Below are positions 10,080 to 19,065 of a DNA stretch of 64,000 nt, in pieces (the first letter of the stretch is position 1; every line of letters begins with the position of its first letter). Source of the stretch: Thermodesulfobacteriota bacterium (GTDB lineage Bacteria; Desulfobacterota; Binatia; Bin18); contig OZ219926.1 in NCBI GenBank assembly GCA_964291405.2, positions 3,680,001-3,744,000 of the forward strand. The letters are read 5' to 3'. The position numbers were made by a program, and so were the translations under genes. The notes beneath the pieces are model-generated. The model had not been told where the DNA came from and made no database searches. It was given only the letters and a program-made list of their open reading frames with translations.

Positions 10080-10144
10080 CGAATAATAAAGCAAGGGCCT
10101 CCGAAGAGGCCCCGCGCCCCGCGGTCGAAACCGCAAGGGGTATT
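10080..10144 (-). ncRNA. Candidate structured leader/small RNA upstream of NYN gene 1
   Basis: Two UUCG-tetraloop hairpins on the minus strand (10117-10140 and 10095-10112); the second is followed by TTGCTTTATTATT. Confidence 0.45.
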
Positions 10145-10150
10145 GCTAGC

Positions 10151-10179
10151 AGTCTAGTCACATCGACGACTAGGATCAA
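10151..10179 (-). promoter_or_regulatory. Sigma70-like promoter for the NYN leader
   Basis: TTGATC (10179-10174), 17 bp spacer, TAGACT (10156-10151). Confidence 0.55.
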
Positions 10180-10208
10180 GTCGGCCTTATTCGACATGAA
10201 GGATGATA

Positions 10209-10348
10209 TTCCCCTCTCCCTGGCCAGGAAGAGGGTGAGGGTCGCTCAGATGAATTCCCCCTCATTAATCCTCTCCCCTAAGGGGCGAGGAGAGAAGCCT
10301 TACCCGACATGTCCGTTTGTCGGATTACGCTCCGCTAATCCGACAAAC
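10209..10348. repeat. REP-like palindromic elements
   Basis: CCCCTCTCCC...GAGGG-type palindromes plus a perfect 13-bp inverted repeat GTTTGTCGGATTA/TAATCCGACAAAC (10315-10348). Confidence 0.5.
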
Positions 10349-10445
10349 TTACTAAAGATCAAGATAACTCGGTGGGAATGGCACCGGGTAGCGCTGATTT
10401 CATCTAAAAACCTGATCGCCATTCCCGCTCGGGTTCATCGCTTGG

Positions 10446-11474
10446 TTATCTGTTTTCCTTGACCACCCCTTGCTCGTTCATAAGGGAATGCAGTTCGGCG
10501 TTTTTTTCGCGCAAACTTGCTACAATTGTGCTGTAAGCTGCGTAGCGCGCGATCTCTTTTTTCGAGAGTTCGAATGCTCTTTTCATCAGTGTGATCCCAT
10601 TCGCTTCATCGTTTTGTTTGAAAGCCAGAAGAGAACGATTGAATGCAACAATCGCCTGCTCATGTGAGTTTACGTCTGCCCAAAACTCAGCTGCATCAAG
10701 CAACTTCTGAGATTGGGTTGTATCTCCATATAGTCCAAGTGCTAGCCCGTAGTTTGCCAACATGTGCGGCTCTGCACCGGAGTCGTAGATACCCTTAGAG
10801 AGCAGCTCGACTGCTTGCTCCGTAAGACCATTATGCAGAAAGACAAATGCAGTGTTGTTGATGTCACGACCAGTCGGGATAATTCGCCGGAGAGATCGAC
10901 GAACCCCGTGTCGAATGAAGAATAGAAGAATAAATTGAGCAATCAGCGCAATTGGAATGAGTGCGGCAATTACCGCATTTCGCGTTGGGGAGATTCTGAC
11001 AACAGAATTCAATGGAGCACGTTTGCCGGTTGACACGTCGCTCTTTATGCCGACAATCGGGTCTTTCCCGTCGGCAGTGTCGGTGAGGAGGGCAACTGTT
11101 GCAGTTTCATCGGGTGTAAAGACTGCAATCCGGACATCTAGTTTGTTGTCACCGATAGGCTGAATATCAATCTTGCCGGCAGGTCCTGACGACAGTGTTG
11201 CTCGTTTGTCATTGATTTTAACCTTGTTATCAAACTCGACGCCAATAATGACATTTGTCGCCGGTTTCTCACCAGTGTTTTTGACGCGAACATTAACGAA
11301 GGACATCGTGGTTTGGTCAGAGTCAAAGGTAACAGGCTTATCGATGTCGTAGATAAGTTTTTCGGCAAGAGGGGGTGGAGGCGACTCACGAGTCAGATAG
11401 TAGACTATTACACTTGCCACTACCGTGACGATGAGTGTCGCAATCGAGCCAAGGAATACGTCCCGCCATTTCAC
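10446..11474 (-). CDS. Hypothetical membrane protein (TM, beta-rich domain, TM, TPR-like C-terminus); lower GC than host
   Basis: 342-aa ORF, two hydrophobic segments, helical-repeat C-terminus, AT-richer DNA. Confidence 0.7.
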   Translation of the reverse strand: MKWRDVFLGSIATLIVTVVASVIVYYLTRESPPPPLAEKLIYDIDKPVTFDSDQTTMSFVNVRVKNTGEKPATNVIIGVEFDNKVKINDKRATLSSGPAGKIDIQPIGDNKLDVRIAVFTPDETATVALLTDTADGKDPIVGIKSDVSTGKRAPLNSVVRISPTRNAVIAALIPIALIAQFILLFFIRHGVRRSLRRIIPTGRDINNTAFVFLHNGLTEQAVELLSKGIYDSGAEPHMLANYGLALGLYGDTTQSQKLLDAAEFWADVNSHEQAIVAFNRSLLAFKQNDEANGITLMKRAFELSKKEIARYAAYSTIVASLREKNAELHSLMNEQGVVKENR

Positions 11475-11624
11475 CGTAGTCCCCCTATGTCACTCTGATC
11501 CGTTTACCCTTTGTAATCCTATTTATTATAGAAACCTAGCTGCCGATAGACTATGATACGGTGGGAAATACGAGACGTTGCATGTTTATTCAAGTTGTGA
11601 CGAAGCGGCAAGGACTTACTACCC

Positions 11625-12815
11625 CTACATTGAGGACATTTCCTCAGAGCGCAGCGAAGAAATCATCAACCAGCACAAAGCGGTGAAAGCGGCACTGATG
11701 AAGACCAGGGGGACGAAGCCGGTCTGATCGTACAGCCAGCCGCCCAGCACTTGAGACCCGCTTCGACCCAGGTTCAGGGCGGACATCAGGAGCGCGAAGA
11801 CCGTTCCTTCGACGCGGGCCGGGCAGGAGCGGGCCGCAAGATCGAGCACGGCCAGATGCGTAATCTGTGAAATCAGGCCGTAGCTGAGAAAAATGATGAC
11901 CGCGGACCGAGGCCCGGTTAAGCCCAGGAAACCGAGTGTTGACAACACGCCGAGCGTCACCGCGATAAAGAGAAGTCGGCGGAGGGAAATATTCCGAAAA
12001 AAGAAAAAAAAGATGACCGCCCCAAGCATGCCGGCCGCGTTGGTCAGCGCGCCGAGGGTGCCGATGTAGATTTTTGAAAATTGGAGAATATCTCGCTCGT
12101 AGTATAAGAGCGGCGTGCCGAACAGTGGGCTGAAATTCCACACAAACAGAAAGCCGGCCACAATCCAGACCGCACGCGACCGGGCGGCTGTTCTGAGCGC
12201 GTGCGCCGTCTCTCGCAACTGCGCCTGTCCCAATGGCCGCGGCGCTTCCCGCACAAAGCAGAGGGTTGCCAGCAAGGTGGCGAGCGGAAAGAATCCACAC
12301 ACGAAAAAAGCGGTGTGCGGAGTCGCGTATTCCGAGAGATAACCGCCACCGAGATGGGCGAGGGTTAAGGCCAGACCCATTGCCGCCCATTGAATCGACT
12401 GAAAACTCCCGGTGAGACCGAGGGGCCGTCCGGTCTCGACCATGAGCGCATCGGCCATGACGTCGGCAAAGGCCAGGGTAAACGAACACGCCATGAGCAG
12501 CACGAGGACGGTGGCGTACGCCGCCGGCGCAACGGACAGGGCCAGCCAGCTTCCCAGACCCAAGGCGCTCATCAACACGAGATAGCCCTTGCGCCGCGAG
12601 CCGCCCAAGGGCAGGAAGTCGGACACCAGGCCGTAGACGGGCTTGATGGTCCAGCCCAAGCCCACCATGGCCCAGACAAAGCCGGCCTGAGCGGCACTCA
12701 GGCTGAGGTCTTCTTTGAGGAGATATTGAATGGGTTGATAGGGCAGCCCGGTTGAGAGATCGATTGTACCCTGAACAAAATAGAGCGCCGCGAAGAACAG
12801 CGCAGACCGCCGCAC
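11625..12815 (-). CDS. MFS transporter, BT1 folate/biopterin-like
   Basis: WTIKPVYGLVSD..P..GSRRKGY, DVMADALMVE, CP..VEGT.FALLMS. Confidence 0.85.
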   Translation of the reverse strand: MRRSALFFAALYFVQGTIDLSTGLPYQPIQYLLKEDLSLSAAQAGFVWAMVGLGWTIKPVYGLVSDFLPLGGSRRKGYLVLMSALGLGSWLALSVAPAAYATVLVLLMACSFTLAFADVMADALMVETGRPLGLTGSFQSIQWAAMGLALTLAHLGGGYLSEYATPHTAFFVCGFFPLATLLATLCFVREAPRPLGQAQLRETAHALRTAARSRAVWIVAGFLFVWNFSPLFGTPLLYYERDILQFSKIYIGTLGALTNAAGMLGAVIFFFFFRNISLRRLLFIAVTLGVLSTLGFLGLTGPRSAVIIFLSYGLISQITHLAVLDLAARSCPARVEGTVFALLMSALNLGRSGSQVLGGWLYDQTGFVPLVFISAAFTALCWLMISSLRSEEMSSM

Positions 12816-12834
12816 CCCCTCACGACGGAAAGGG

Positions 12835-13045
12835 TGGACTGCGTTCCGGAATGACTGGGAGAGAGAGGCGATGTGCTGGTGTCTCCTTTAGGGATCAGGT
12901 TCCCCTCTCCCTGGGAGAGCGGCCATCTTGGCCGCTTGCGGGCTGGAAGCCCGCACTCCTGGACCCCTGTCGCAGACCGGCACGGCGCAGGGGAGCGAGG
13001 GGCCGCCGAGTCCTGTCATGTGCATCACCCCTCCCGAGAGGGGAC
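12835..13045. repeat. Cluster of degenerate REP-like elements
   Basis: TTCCGGAATGAC, TCCCCTCTCCCTGGGAGAG, GCGGGCTGGAAGCCCGC and CCCCTCCCGAGAGGGG palindromes in one intergenic gap. Confidence 0.45.
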
Positions 13046-13059
13046 AGGATGAAAAGTCC

Positions 13060-13638
13060 TCACGCCGACGTACTCGGCCGCGCCTTCATGGCATCGTACC
13101 AGCGGACGAGATTATTCCAGGCCGGGTCGAGCTGAAACGTCCCGCGATGATGCGCGGTCTCCAAGCCGATAAACAGCATGATGTCGGCAATTGAGAAATC
13201 CCCGGCCAGCCAGTCTTTGCCCTCCAGGCCGTCGTTGACCAGCGGCAGGCGATGCATCAGGACTCGGCGGGCCTGGTCGGACACGTCGCCCTTGGACAGC
13301 ACCATGCGCGAGGCCGTCAGATACACCCCGATTTCACAGCGCCGTTCCCAGGAACGCACAAGCGCCCGGCTGACGGGGTCGGTGCCGATCAGGGGCGGGT
13401 CGGGATAGAGTTCCTCCAGATATTCCATGATCGGCAGCGTTTCGATCAGGACCGTGCCGTCATCAAGCTCTAAGATGGGAACACCGGCAAACGGATTCTT
13501 GGCCAGAAATTCCGGTGTCTTCTGCTCGCCGGCGTAGAGGTCGATTTCCTTGACCGGAATATCCAGGTTTTTTTCGGCCAGATAGATGCGTACCTTGCGC
13601 GGGTTGGGCGCGCGTTTGGTGTCGAGATAGAGCAGCAT
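13060..13638 (-). CDS. Glutathione S-transferase
   Basis: APNPRKVRIYLAEK, NPFAGVP, SIADI; AGGAGG RBS before the ATG at 13638. Confidence 0.9.
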   Translation of the reverse strand: MLLYLDTKRAPNPRKVRIYLAEKNLDIPVKEIDLYAGEQKTPEFLAKNPFAGVPILELDDGTVLIETLPIMEYLEELYPDPPLIGTDPVSRALVRSWERRCEIGVYLTASRMVLSKGDVSDQARRVLMHRLPLVNDGLEGKDWLAGDFSIADIMLFIGLETAHHRGTFQLDPAWNNLVRWYDAMKARPSTSA

Positions 13639-13648
13639 GGAGTCCTCC

Positions 13649-14134
13649 TTAAAACTGGGTCGATTCTTCTTTCCGAGTGTGAGTGATCCGCACCGTGGGC
13701 GTCCAGGTCCGCTGGCGTCGGGCAAGACGGCTCTCCGGTGTCTCCCCGCCAAAATTGGTTACGCGGGTGGTGAAATTGGCCGGGTCGATATGCTCAAACG
13801 TATGGACATTGACCACGGCACTTTTTCGCTGGGGAAGTTTCCCCCGAGCCCCCTCACCGCGCCCGGCGATCCGGCTCACCGCAAAGGTGAGCACCTCACA
13901 ACAGGCACAGACGTAGAAGTCGGCTGTCTCATGGCCAAAGCGATAGGTGGGAACGTGCGTGGTATCTGTGATCGTTGCGTTGAGTTCCGCTTGGGGATGC
14001 GAGGTGTAGGTGCCCCGATGCTTCAGGCAGAAGCTGCAACTGCACGCCCGAACCGAAATCTCCGCGGCATCGAGCGGCCACAGGAATTCGTACCGGATCG
14101 TCCCGCAGTGGCATCCGCCCTCGATTCTTTGCAT
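13649..14134 (-). CDS. GFA/CENP-V family zinc protein
   Basis: GGCHCG, CSCSFC, CACC; AAGGAG RBS before the ATG at 14134. Confidence 0.8.
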   Translation of the reverse strand: MQRIEGGCHCGTIRYEFLWPLDAAEISVRACSCSFCLKHRGTYTSHPQAELNATITDTTHVPTYRFGHETADFYVCACCEVLTFAVSRIAGRGEGARGKLPQRKSAVVNVHTFEHIDPANFTTRVTNFGGETPESRLARRQRTWTPTVRITHTRKEESTQF

Positions 14135-14213
14135 GCTGACTCCTTGTCCGTCCCCGGAACGCTTGCTATGCTCGCCGCCTTGAGCAATACCGCAATAATA
14201 GAGGAGAAGATGT

Positions 14214-14666
14214 ATGGCAGCCACACCCTCCGACCGCCGTTTTGATGATCGCAATATCCGGTGGCAAGCGTTGGGAGATTTTGAACACCTTGAGGTCACC
14301 CTGCTCGATGTCGATGAAGAAAATAATATCGTGGACCTGATGGTCAAATTCGCGCCAAACGAGAAGATCTTTCTGCACCGTCATCTGGCGTTGACCAACA
14401 CCCTGGTCGTGGATGGCGAGCATATTATCTACGAAGCCGATGGAAGCGCGGTGAAAGATGTCCGCCCGGTTGGAAAATATACCTCCAGTCCCGCTGGAGA
14501 CGCACATCTCGAAGGGGGCGGCGCCGACGGGGCGATCGTGCACTACAGCGTGCGCGGCGACAGCGACGCCCTGTTCGATGTCCTGAACGACGATATGAGC
14601 GTGGCTGCGACGCTGCGCACCGCCGACTTTAAGGCCGTGCTTGAGGACCAAAAGCAGGCTGCCTGA
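14214..14666 (+). CDS. ChrR-like cupin protein
   Basis: HRH...GEH...H.EG cupin metal motif; GAGGAG RBS. Confidence 0.7.
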   Translation: MAATPSDRRFDDRNIRWQALGDFEHLEVTLLDVDEENNIVDLMVKFAPNEKIFLHRHLALTNTLVVDGEHIIYEADGSAVKDVRPVGKYTSSPAGDAHLEGGGADGAIVHYSVRGDSDALFDVLNDDMSVAATLRTADFKAVLEDQKQAA

Positions 14667-14726
14667 TGTCGCCATGACACCGCCTGTCAGTACATGTGCG
14701 GATGATCCGGTGGAAAAAGAAGGGGA

Positions 14727-15935
14727 GTGGTGGACTTCCTGATTCCATGCCCGTCGCAACGGGACCGTAACGCCCTGGCCGGCATGTCTGAGCATAGATT
14801 TCATCTGCTCGACGCGCCGCTCAATCCACGTACCCCCTCCCCGGAGCTGGACCTGCTGGCGTACACCGACCAGTGCCGCGACTATATCAAGGCCCACTCC
14901 ATTGATGCCGTTTTCTATTCCCGGGATGTGGCTGATATCGTGGCTGCGGTCTTGTGTGAGGAGTTCGGGTTTCCGGGACCCAGCGTGGAGTCCGTCTTTC
15001 TCTGCCTCCACAAGTACTACGGTCGTCAGTATGAACCCCATCCGGTCCGCTGTGAGCCCATCGATCTGGCGGACGAGCAGCCGGCGATTACGCGCTACCC
15101 GTGTTATCTCAAACCGCCCTGGCTGAACCTCGGGATTCTGGGTTTTAAGCTCGACTCGGACGACGACCTCCAGCGGGCGCTGGCGATTGCCCGACGCGAA
15201 TATCCGGCCTGGTCGCCGCTCTATCTGCCGTTTTTCGAGCGCTATATCGACTGCGAGAAGTTCCCGCTGGCCAACCGGGAAATCATGCTGGTCGAAGACT
15301 TTGTTGACGGACCGCAGGTGACGGTCGAGGGCTGGGTCGCCAATGCGCAGCCGGCGCTCTGGGCGATTACGGATACCAATACCTATCCGGGCACCCGGAT
15401 TATTGATAATTTTTCGCTACCGTCCCGGCACCCGGCCCACATCCAGGAACTACTGGCTCAGCAGGCTCTGGAAGCGATCAGCAATATCGGACTGGACAAC
15501 GGCTTCTTCAACATCGAGTTCTGGTGCCATGACAATGCGGTCACCCTGACGGAGGTCAACGGACGGGCGGCCACCTGTTTCTATAATCTGTATCGTCGCT
15601 GTCTCGGAGCGTGTATATACGAAGCCGGACTGAGGCTGGCCGGCGGGCAGTCACCTCTGCCCCCGCCGCGGCCAACCGATGTCGTGGGCGGACAGTTCAA
15701 TTTGATCACTTTTGGTGAGGACCTGGCCGAGAATCTGTTTGATTTCAGGCGCGCCCAGGAAGTGGGTGAGCTGACGATCTATGTCGAGCCGGGACAGGAA
15801 ATCCGTCCGGTGAGCGAGTTTGGGGTGGTGCTGGCCCAAATCGATCTGTTCGGCCCCAGCTATGCGGCGATTCACGCGGAAGCCGAGGCGTTACGCCGCC
15901 GGCTGTTGAAACAGCCGGCCCACTCGCCGTGGTAA
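14727..15935 (+). CDS. ATP-grasp ligase
   Basis: YPCYLKP, LVEDFVDG, GFFNIEF, TEVNGR. Confidence 0.85.
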   Translation: MVDFLIPCPSQRDRNALAGMSEHRFHLLDAPLNPRTPSPELDLLAYTDQCRDYIKAHSIDAVFYSRDVADIVAAVLCEEFGFPGPSVESVFLCLHKYYGRQYEPHPVRCEPIDLADEQPAITRYPCYLKPPWLNLGILGFKLDSDDDLQRALAIARREYPAWSPLYLPFFERYIDCEKFPLANREIMLVEDFVDGPQVTVEGWVANAQPALWAITDTNTYPGTRIIDNFSLPSRHPAHIQELLAQQALEAISNIGLDNGFFNIEFWCHDNAVTLTEVNGRAATCFYNLYRRCLGACIYEAGLRLAGGQSPLPPPRPTDVVGGQFNLITFGEDLAENLFDFRRAQEVGELTIYVEPGQEIRPVSEFGVVLAQIDLFGPSYAAIHAEAEALRRRLLKQPAHSPW

Positions 15936-15966
15936 GCGCGTCAACCCAAGGGTCTGGACCAAGGGT

Positions 15967-16782
15967 ATGTGTCGTTTTGTTGTGTATCGCGGAAAGCCGG
16001 TCCCGCTCGCCGAGGTTATCAGTGCGCCTGCGCACTCCCTGATAGAGCAGAGTTACCAGCCTAAAGAGATGACCGCCGGAACGGTCAATGTGGATGGGTT
16101 TGGGGTCGGCTGGTATAACCGCGCGCTTGACCCCACGCCGTGTATCTACACCAATATCGTCCCGATCTGGAATGATCGCAATCTGCCCGGCTTGAGCCGT
16201 CATATTGTTTCGGATTGCATTGTCGCCAACGTCCGTAGCGCCACACCGGGTTTCGGACTCGATCAGAGCAACTGCCAGCCGTTTGCCTACGATCGTCTGT
16301 CGTTCATGCATAATGGCTTTATTGAAAAGTCCCGTGATGGCCTGCTGCGCAAAATACGCGAGGCCCTCCACGATGAGTACTATCGCCTTATTCGAGGCTC
16401 GACCGATTCTGAGCACATCTTTGCTCTTCTTCTGAACTTTTTGCACGGTCAGGAACTGACGCCACAGGCATATGTGACCGCTATTCGGCACACGGTTGCC
16501 CAGTTGCTGGACTGGACACGCGGTCAGGCGATTCATATGGCGCTGAATCTGGTGCTGTCCGACGGGGTGCATGTGGTCGCCCTCCGCTTTGCGAATACCT
16601 CGCCGGCGCCGTCGCTGTATTATTTGTGCAACGGTACGGATTTCCCCGACGCGGTGGTCATTGCGTCGGAAAGACTCTCTGCCGATCCGGCCTGGCAGGC
16701 TGTCCCGGAGAGTCATATTGTGACCTGCCGGAACGCCACGGATGTTGATCTTGTCGTCCTTGGCGGCCAGGAGACGGTATGA
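15967..16782 (+). CDS. egtC: Ntn amidohydrolase EgtC (ergothioneine biosynthesis)
   Basis: N-terminal MCR, SLIEQSY.PKEM..G.VNVDGFGVGWY, VRSAT, HNG, TDSE. Confidence 0.9.
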   Translation: MCRFVVYRGKPVPLAEVISAPAHSLIEQSYQPKEMTAGTVNVDGFGVGWYNRALDPTPCIYTNIVPIWNDRNLPGLSRHIVSDCIVANVRSATPGFGLDQSNCQPFAYDRLSFMHNGFIEKSRDGLLRKIREALHDEYYRLIRGSTDSEHIFALLLNFLHGQELTPQAYVTAIRHTVAQLLDWTRGQAIHMALNLVLSDGVHVVALRFANTSPAPSLYYLCNGTDFPDAVVIASERLSADPAWQAVPESHIVTCRNATDVDLVVLGGQETV

Positions 16783-18017
16783 TCGATATTGCGGACTTCC
16801 GGCAGCGGATGATCGAGGCGCGCGCGTACACGCAGTCGCTGTTCGCGGCGATCGAGCCGGAAGACTTCTGTCGACAAGTGCACGCCGAGTTCAGTCCGGT
16901 CGGCTGGCACCTTGGCCATATTGGGGTGACCGAGGGATTCTGGATTCTGCAACAGTGTCAGCACGCGGCATCGCTGTCGCCTGAGTACGATATGGTTTTC
17001 TCTCCGCTTGACAATCCGAAAGAGAATCGGGTCAATCTCCCCACAGCGCCTGAGATTTTTGCCTATCTGGATGAAGTTCGTGCGCGCGTGTTTGCCTTTC
17101 TGGAGCGGGGCGACTGGTCGGACACCCATCCCCTGCTGGGCGAAGGCCGCCTCCTGAACATGCTCTTCCAACACGAAGAACAACACACCGAGACCATCCT
17201 CCTGATTCTCAATCTGCTTGCAGCCCGGCGATTCGATGTAGGAGATGGGGGCTCGTTCTCTGCCTCCGCCGCGTCGCGCCGGAGCCCTCCTCAGCGTTCC
17301 GACCCAACGACCATGGTCCGGATTCCCACCGGAGCCTACAGCATGGGCAGCGATGACAGCGCGCGTACGCTGGACAATGAACGGCCTGCTCAGCAGGTCT
17401 GGCTTGAGGAATTCTGGATTGATCCCACACCAATCACAAACGCCGATTTCCTGGAGTTCATGGATGCTGGCGGATATCGGAACCCTGCCTGGTGGAGTCA
17501 GCAGGGATGGCGCTGGTGCGAGGAGCATCGTATTGCCCACCCCTTGTACTGGCGTCCTGGGAGTACTCAGGGGCACTGGCTGGAGATTGACCCGTTCGGG
17601 GTAGCGCCGTTGGATCCGGCCCAACCGGTGCGGTGCGTGAGTTGGTACGAGGCCGAGGCCTACGCCCGCTCGGTCGGGAAACGGCTGCCGACCGAGGCCG
17701 AATGGGAAAAGGCGGCTTGGTGGGAGGCTGAACAACAGACCGCGGCAGCACAATCAGACCCTCCGGAGTCCGGTCTCGGGCTGCTCGGCGGTGTCTGGGA
17801 GTGGACCCACACTTGGTTCCACCCTTATCCGGGTTTTCAGGCTTTTCCGTACGACGGCTATTCCGTTCCGTATTTTGATCAACACCACCGAGTCTTACGC
17901 GGTGGGTCGTGGGCAACGCGACGACATGTCCTTCGGCCAACGTTTCGGAACTGGTATCATCCCGGAATGCGGGCCGTCTTTGCCGGCTTGCGGTGTGCAA
18001 AGGACGCCGCGCCCTAG
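16779..18017 (+). CDS. egtB: Sulfoxide synthase EgtB (DinB + FGE-sulfatase domains)
   Basis: SPVGWHLGH, QHEEQH iron ligands, RLPTEAEWEKAA, VWEWT, YPGF..FPY.GYS, RGGSWAT. Confidence 0.85.
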   Translation: MIDIADFRQRMIEARAYTQSLFAAIEPEDFCRQVHAEFSPVGWHLGHIGVTEGFWILQQCQHAASLSPEYDMVFSPLDNPKENRVNLPTAPEIFAYLDEVRARVFAFLERGDWSDTHPLLGEGRLLNMLFQHEEQHTETILLILNLLAARRFDVGDGGSFSASAASRRSPPQRSDPTTMVRIPTGAYSMGSDDSARTLDNERPAQQVWLEEFWIDPTPITNADFLEFMDAGGYRNPAWWSQQGWRWCEEHRIAHPLYWRPGSTQGHWLEIDPFGVAPLDPAQPVRCVSWYEAEAYARSVGKRLPTEAEWEKAAWWEAEQQTAAAQSDPPESGLGLLGGVWEWTHTWFHPYPGFQAFPYDGYSVPYFDQHHRVLRGGSWATRRHVLRPTFRNWYHPGMRAVFAGLRCAKDAAP

Positions 18018-18063
18018 CGCGGCGAGAGGCGGTGGATTGACCGAGTAAGGTAGGTTGTTTTGT

Positions 18064-19050
18064 ATGTCAACACGATTTCGAGAGACTGACCGTTTGCAAA
18101 TTTCTACGGTAGGCAAGGTACGTTCGCAATTGCGGACCGACGTTGCCTTTGGCTTGCAGCAAGACCAGAAAACCTTGCCGCCCAAGTATTTTTATGATGC
18201 CTACGGATCGCAACTGTTTGAGGATATCTGTCAGCAGCCGGAATACTACCTCACCCGGACCGAAGCGCAGATTCTACGGACGCACGCCGCGGATATCGTG
18301 CGACAGACGGCCGGCGCCTCACTGGTCGAGTTGGGAAGCGGCAGTTCGGTGAAAACCCGCCTTCTGTTCGATGAATATCAACGCCGGGATCACCTCCTGC
18401 ACTATGTGCCGATCGATATCAGCGCGTCGATGCTCGAAGAGACCGCGCACGGCCTGCTGGCTGACTACCCCACCATGTCGATTGAGGCCCTGGCGACCGA
18501 CTATCTGGCCGGACTCACCGCCCTGCCCAATACCCGGCCCCGTCTCGTCCTCTTTTTGGGCAGCAATCTGGGTAATTTCAGTCCGACGGAGCAGGCCGAA
18601 CTGTTTCAGCACCTGGCGGCCTACCTCCATCCCGGCGACCAGTTCTTATTGGGGCTCGACCTGCGGAAGTCTGTTGAGATTATAGAAGCCGCATATAATG
18701 ACGTGGCTGGAGTCACGGCCGACTTCAATCTCAATATCCTGCGTCATATCAACCGAGAGCTCCAGGCGGATTTTAATCTCGCGCAGTTCTCTCATCTGGC
18801 CTTTTATAATCGGGAACTGCATCAAATCGAAATGCACCTGAAGAGCGAGGTCGCCCAGGAAGTGACTATCACTGCCCTAGACCTGACCGTCTCGTTTCGA
18901 GTGGGTGAGACCATCCACACGGAGATATCCAGAAAATTCGATGTGCAAGAAGTCAAAGAACAATTGACTGGTCACGGCTTTCAATTCCAATCCCAATGGA
19001 CTGACCCCGACAACCTCTTTCTCCTGAGTCTCTTTCGCTATACGGGCTAA
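18064..19050 (+). CDS. egtD: Histidine N-alpha-methyltransferase EgtD
   Basis: LPPKYFYD..GS.LFE.I...PEYY.TRTE, ELGSGS, AAYND..GVT, HTEISRKF. Confidence 0.95.
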   Translation: MSTRFRETDRLQISTVGKVRSQLRTDVAFGLQQDQKTLPPKYFYDAYGSQLFEDICQQPEYYLTRTEAQILRTHAADIVRQTAGASLVELGSGSSVKTRLLFDEYQRRDHLLHYVPIDISASMLEETAHGLLADYPTMSIEALATDYLAGLTALPNTRPRLVLFLGSNLGNFSPTEQAELFQHLAAYLHPGDQFLLGLDLRKSVEIIEAAYNDVAGVTADFNLNILRHINRELQADFNLAQFSHLAFYNRELHQIEMHLKSEVAQEVTITALDLTVSFRVGETIHTEISRKFDVQEVKEQLTGHGFQFQSQWTDPDNLFLLSLFRYTG

Positions 19051-19065
19051 GCGGACGGCACGCGC

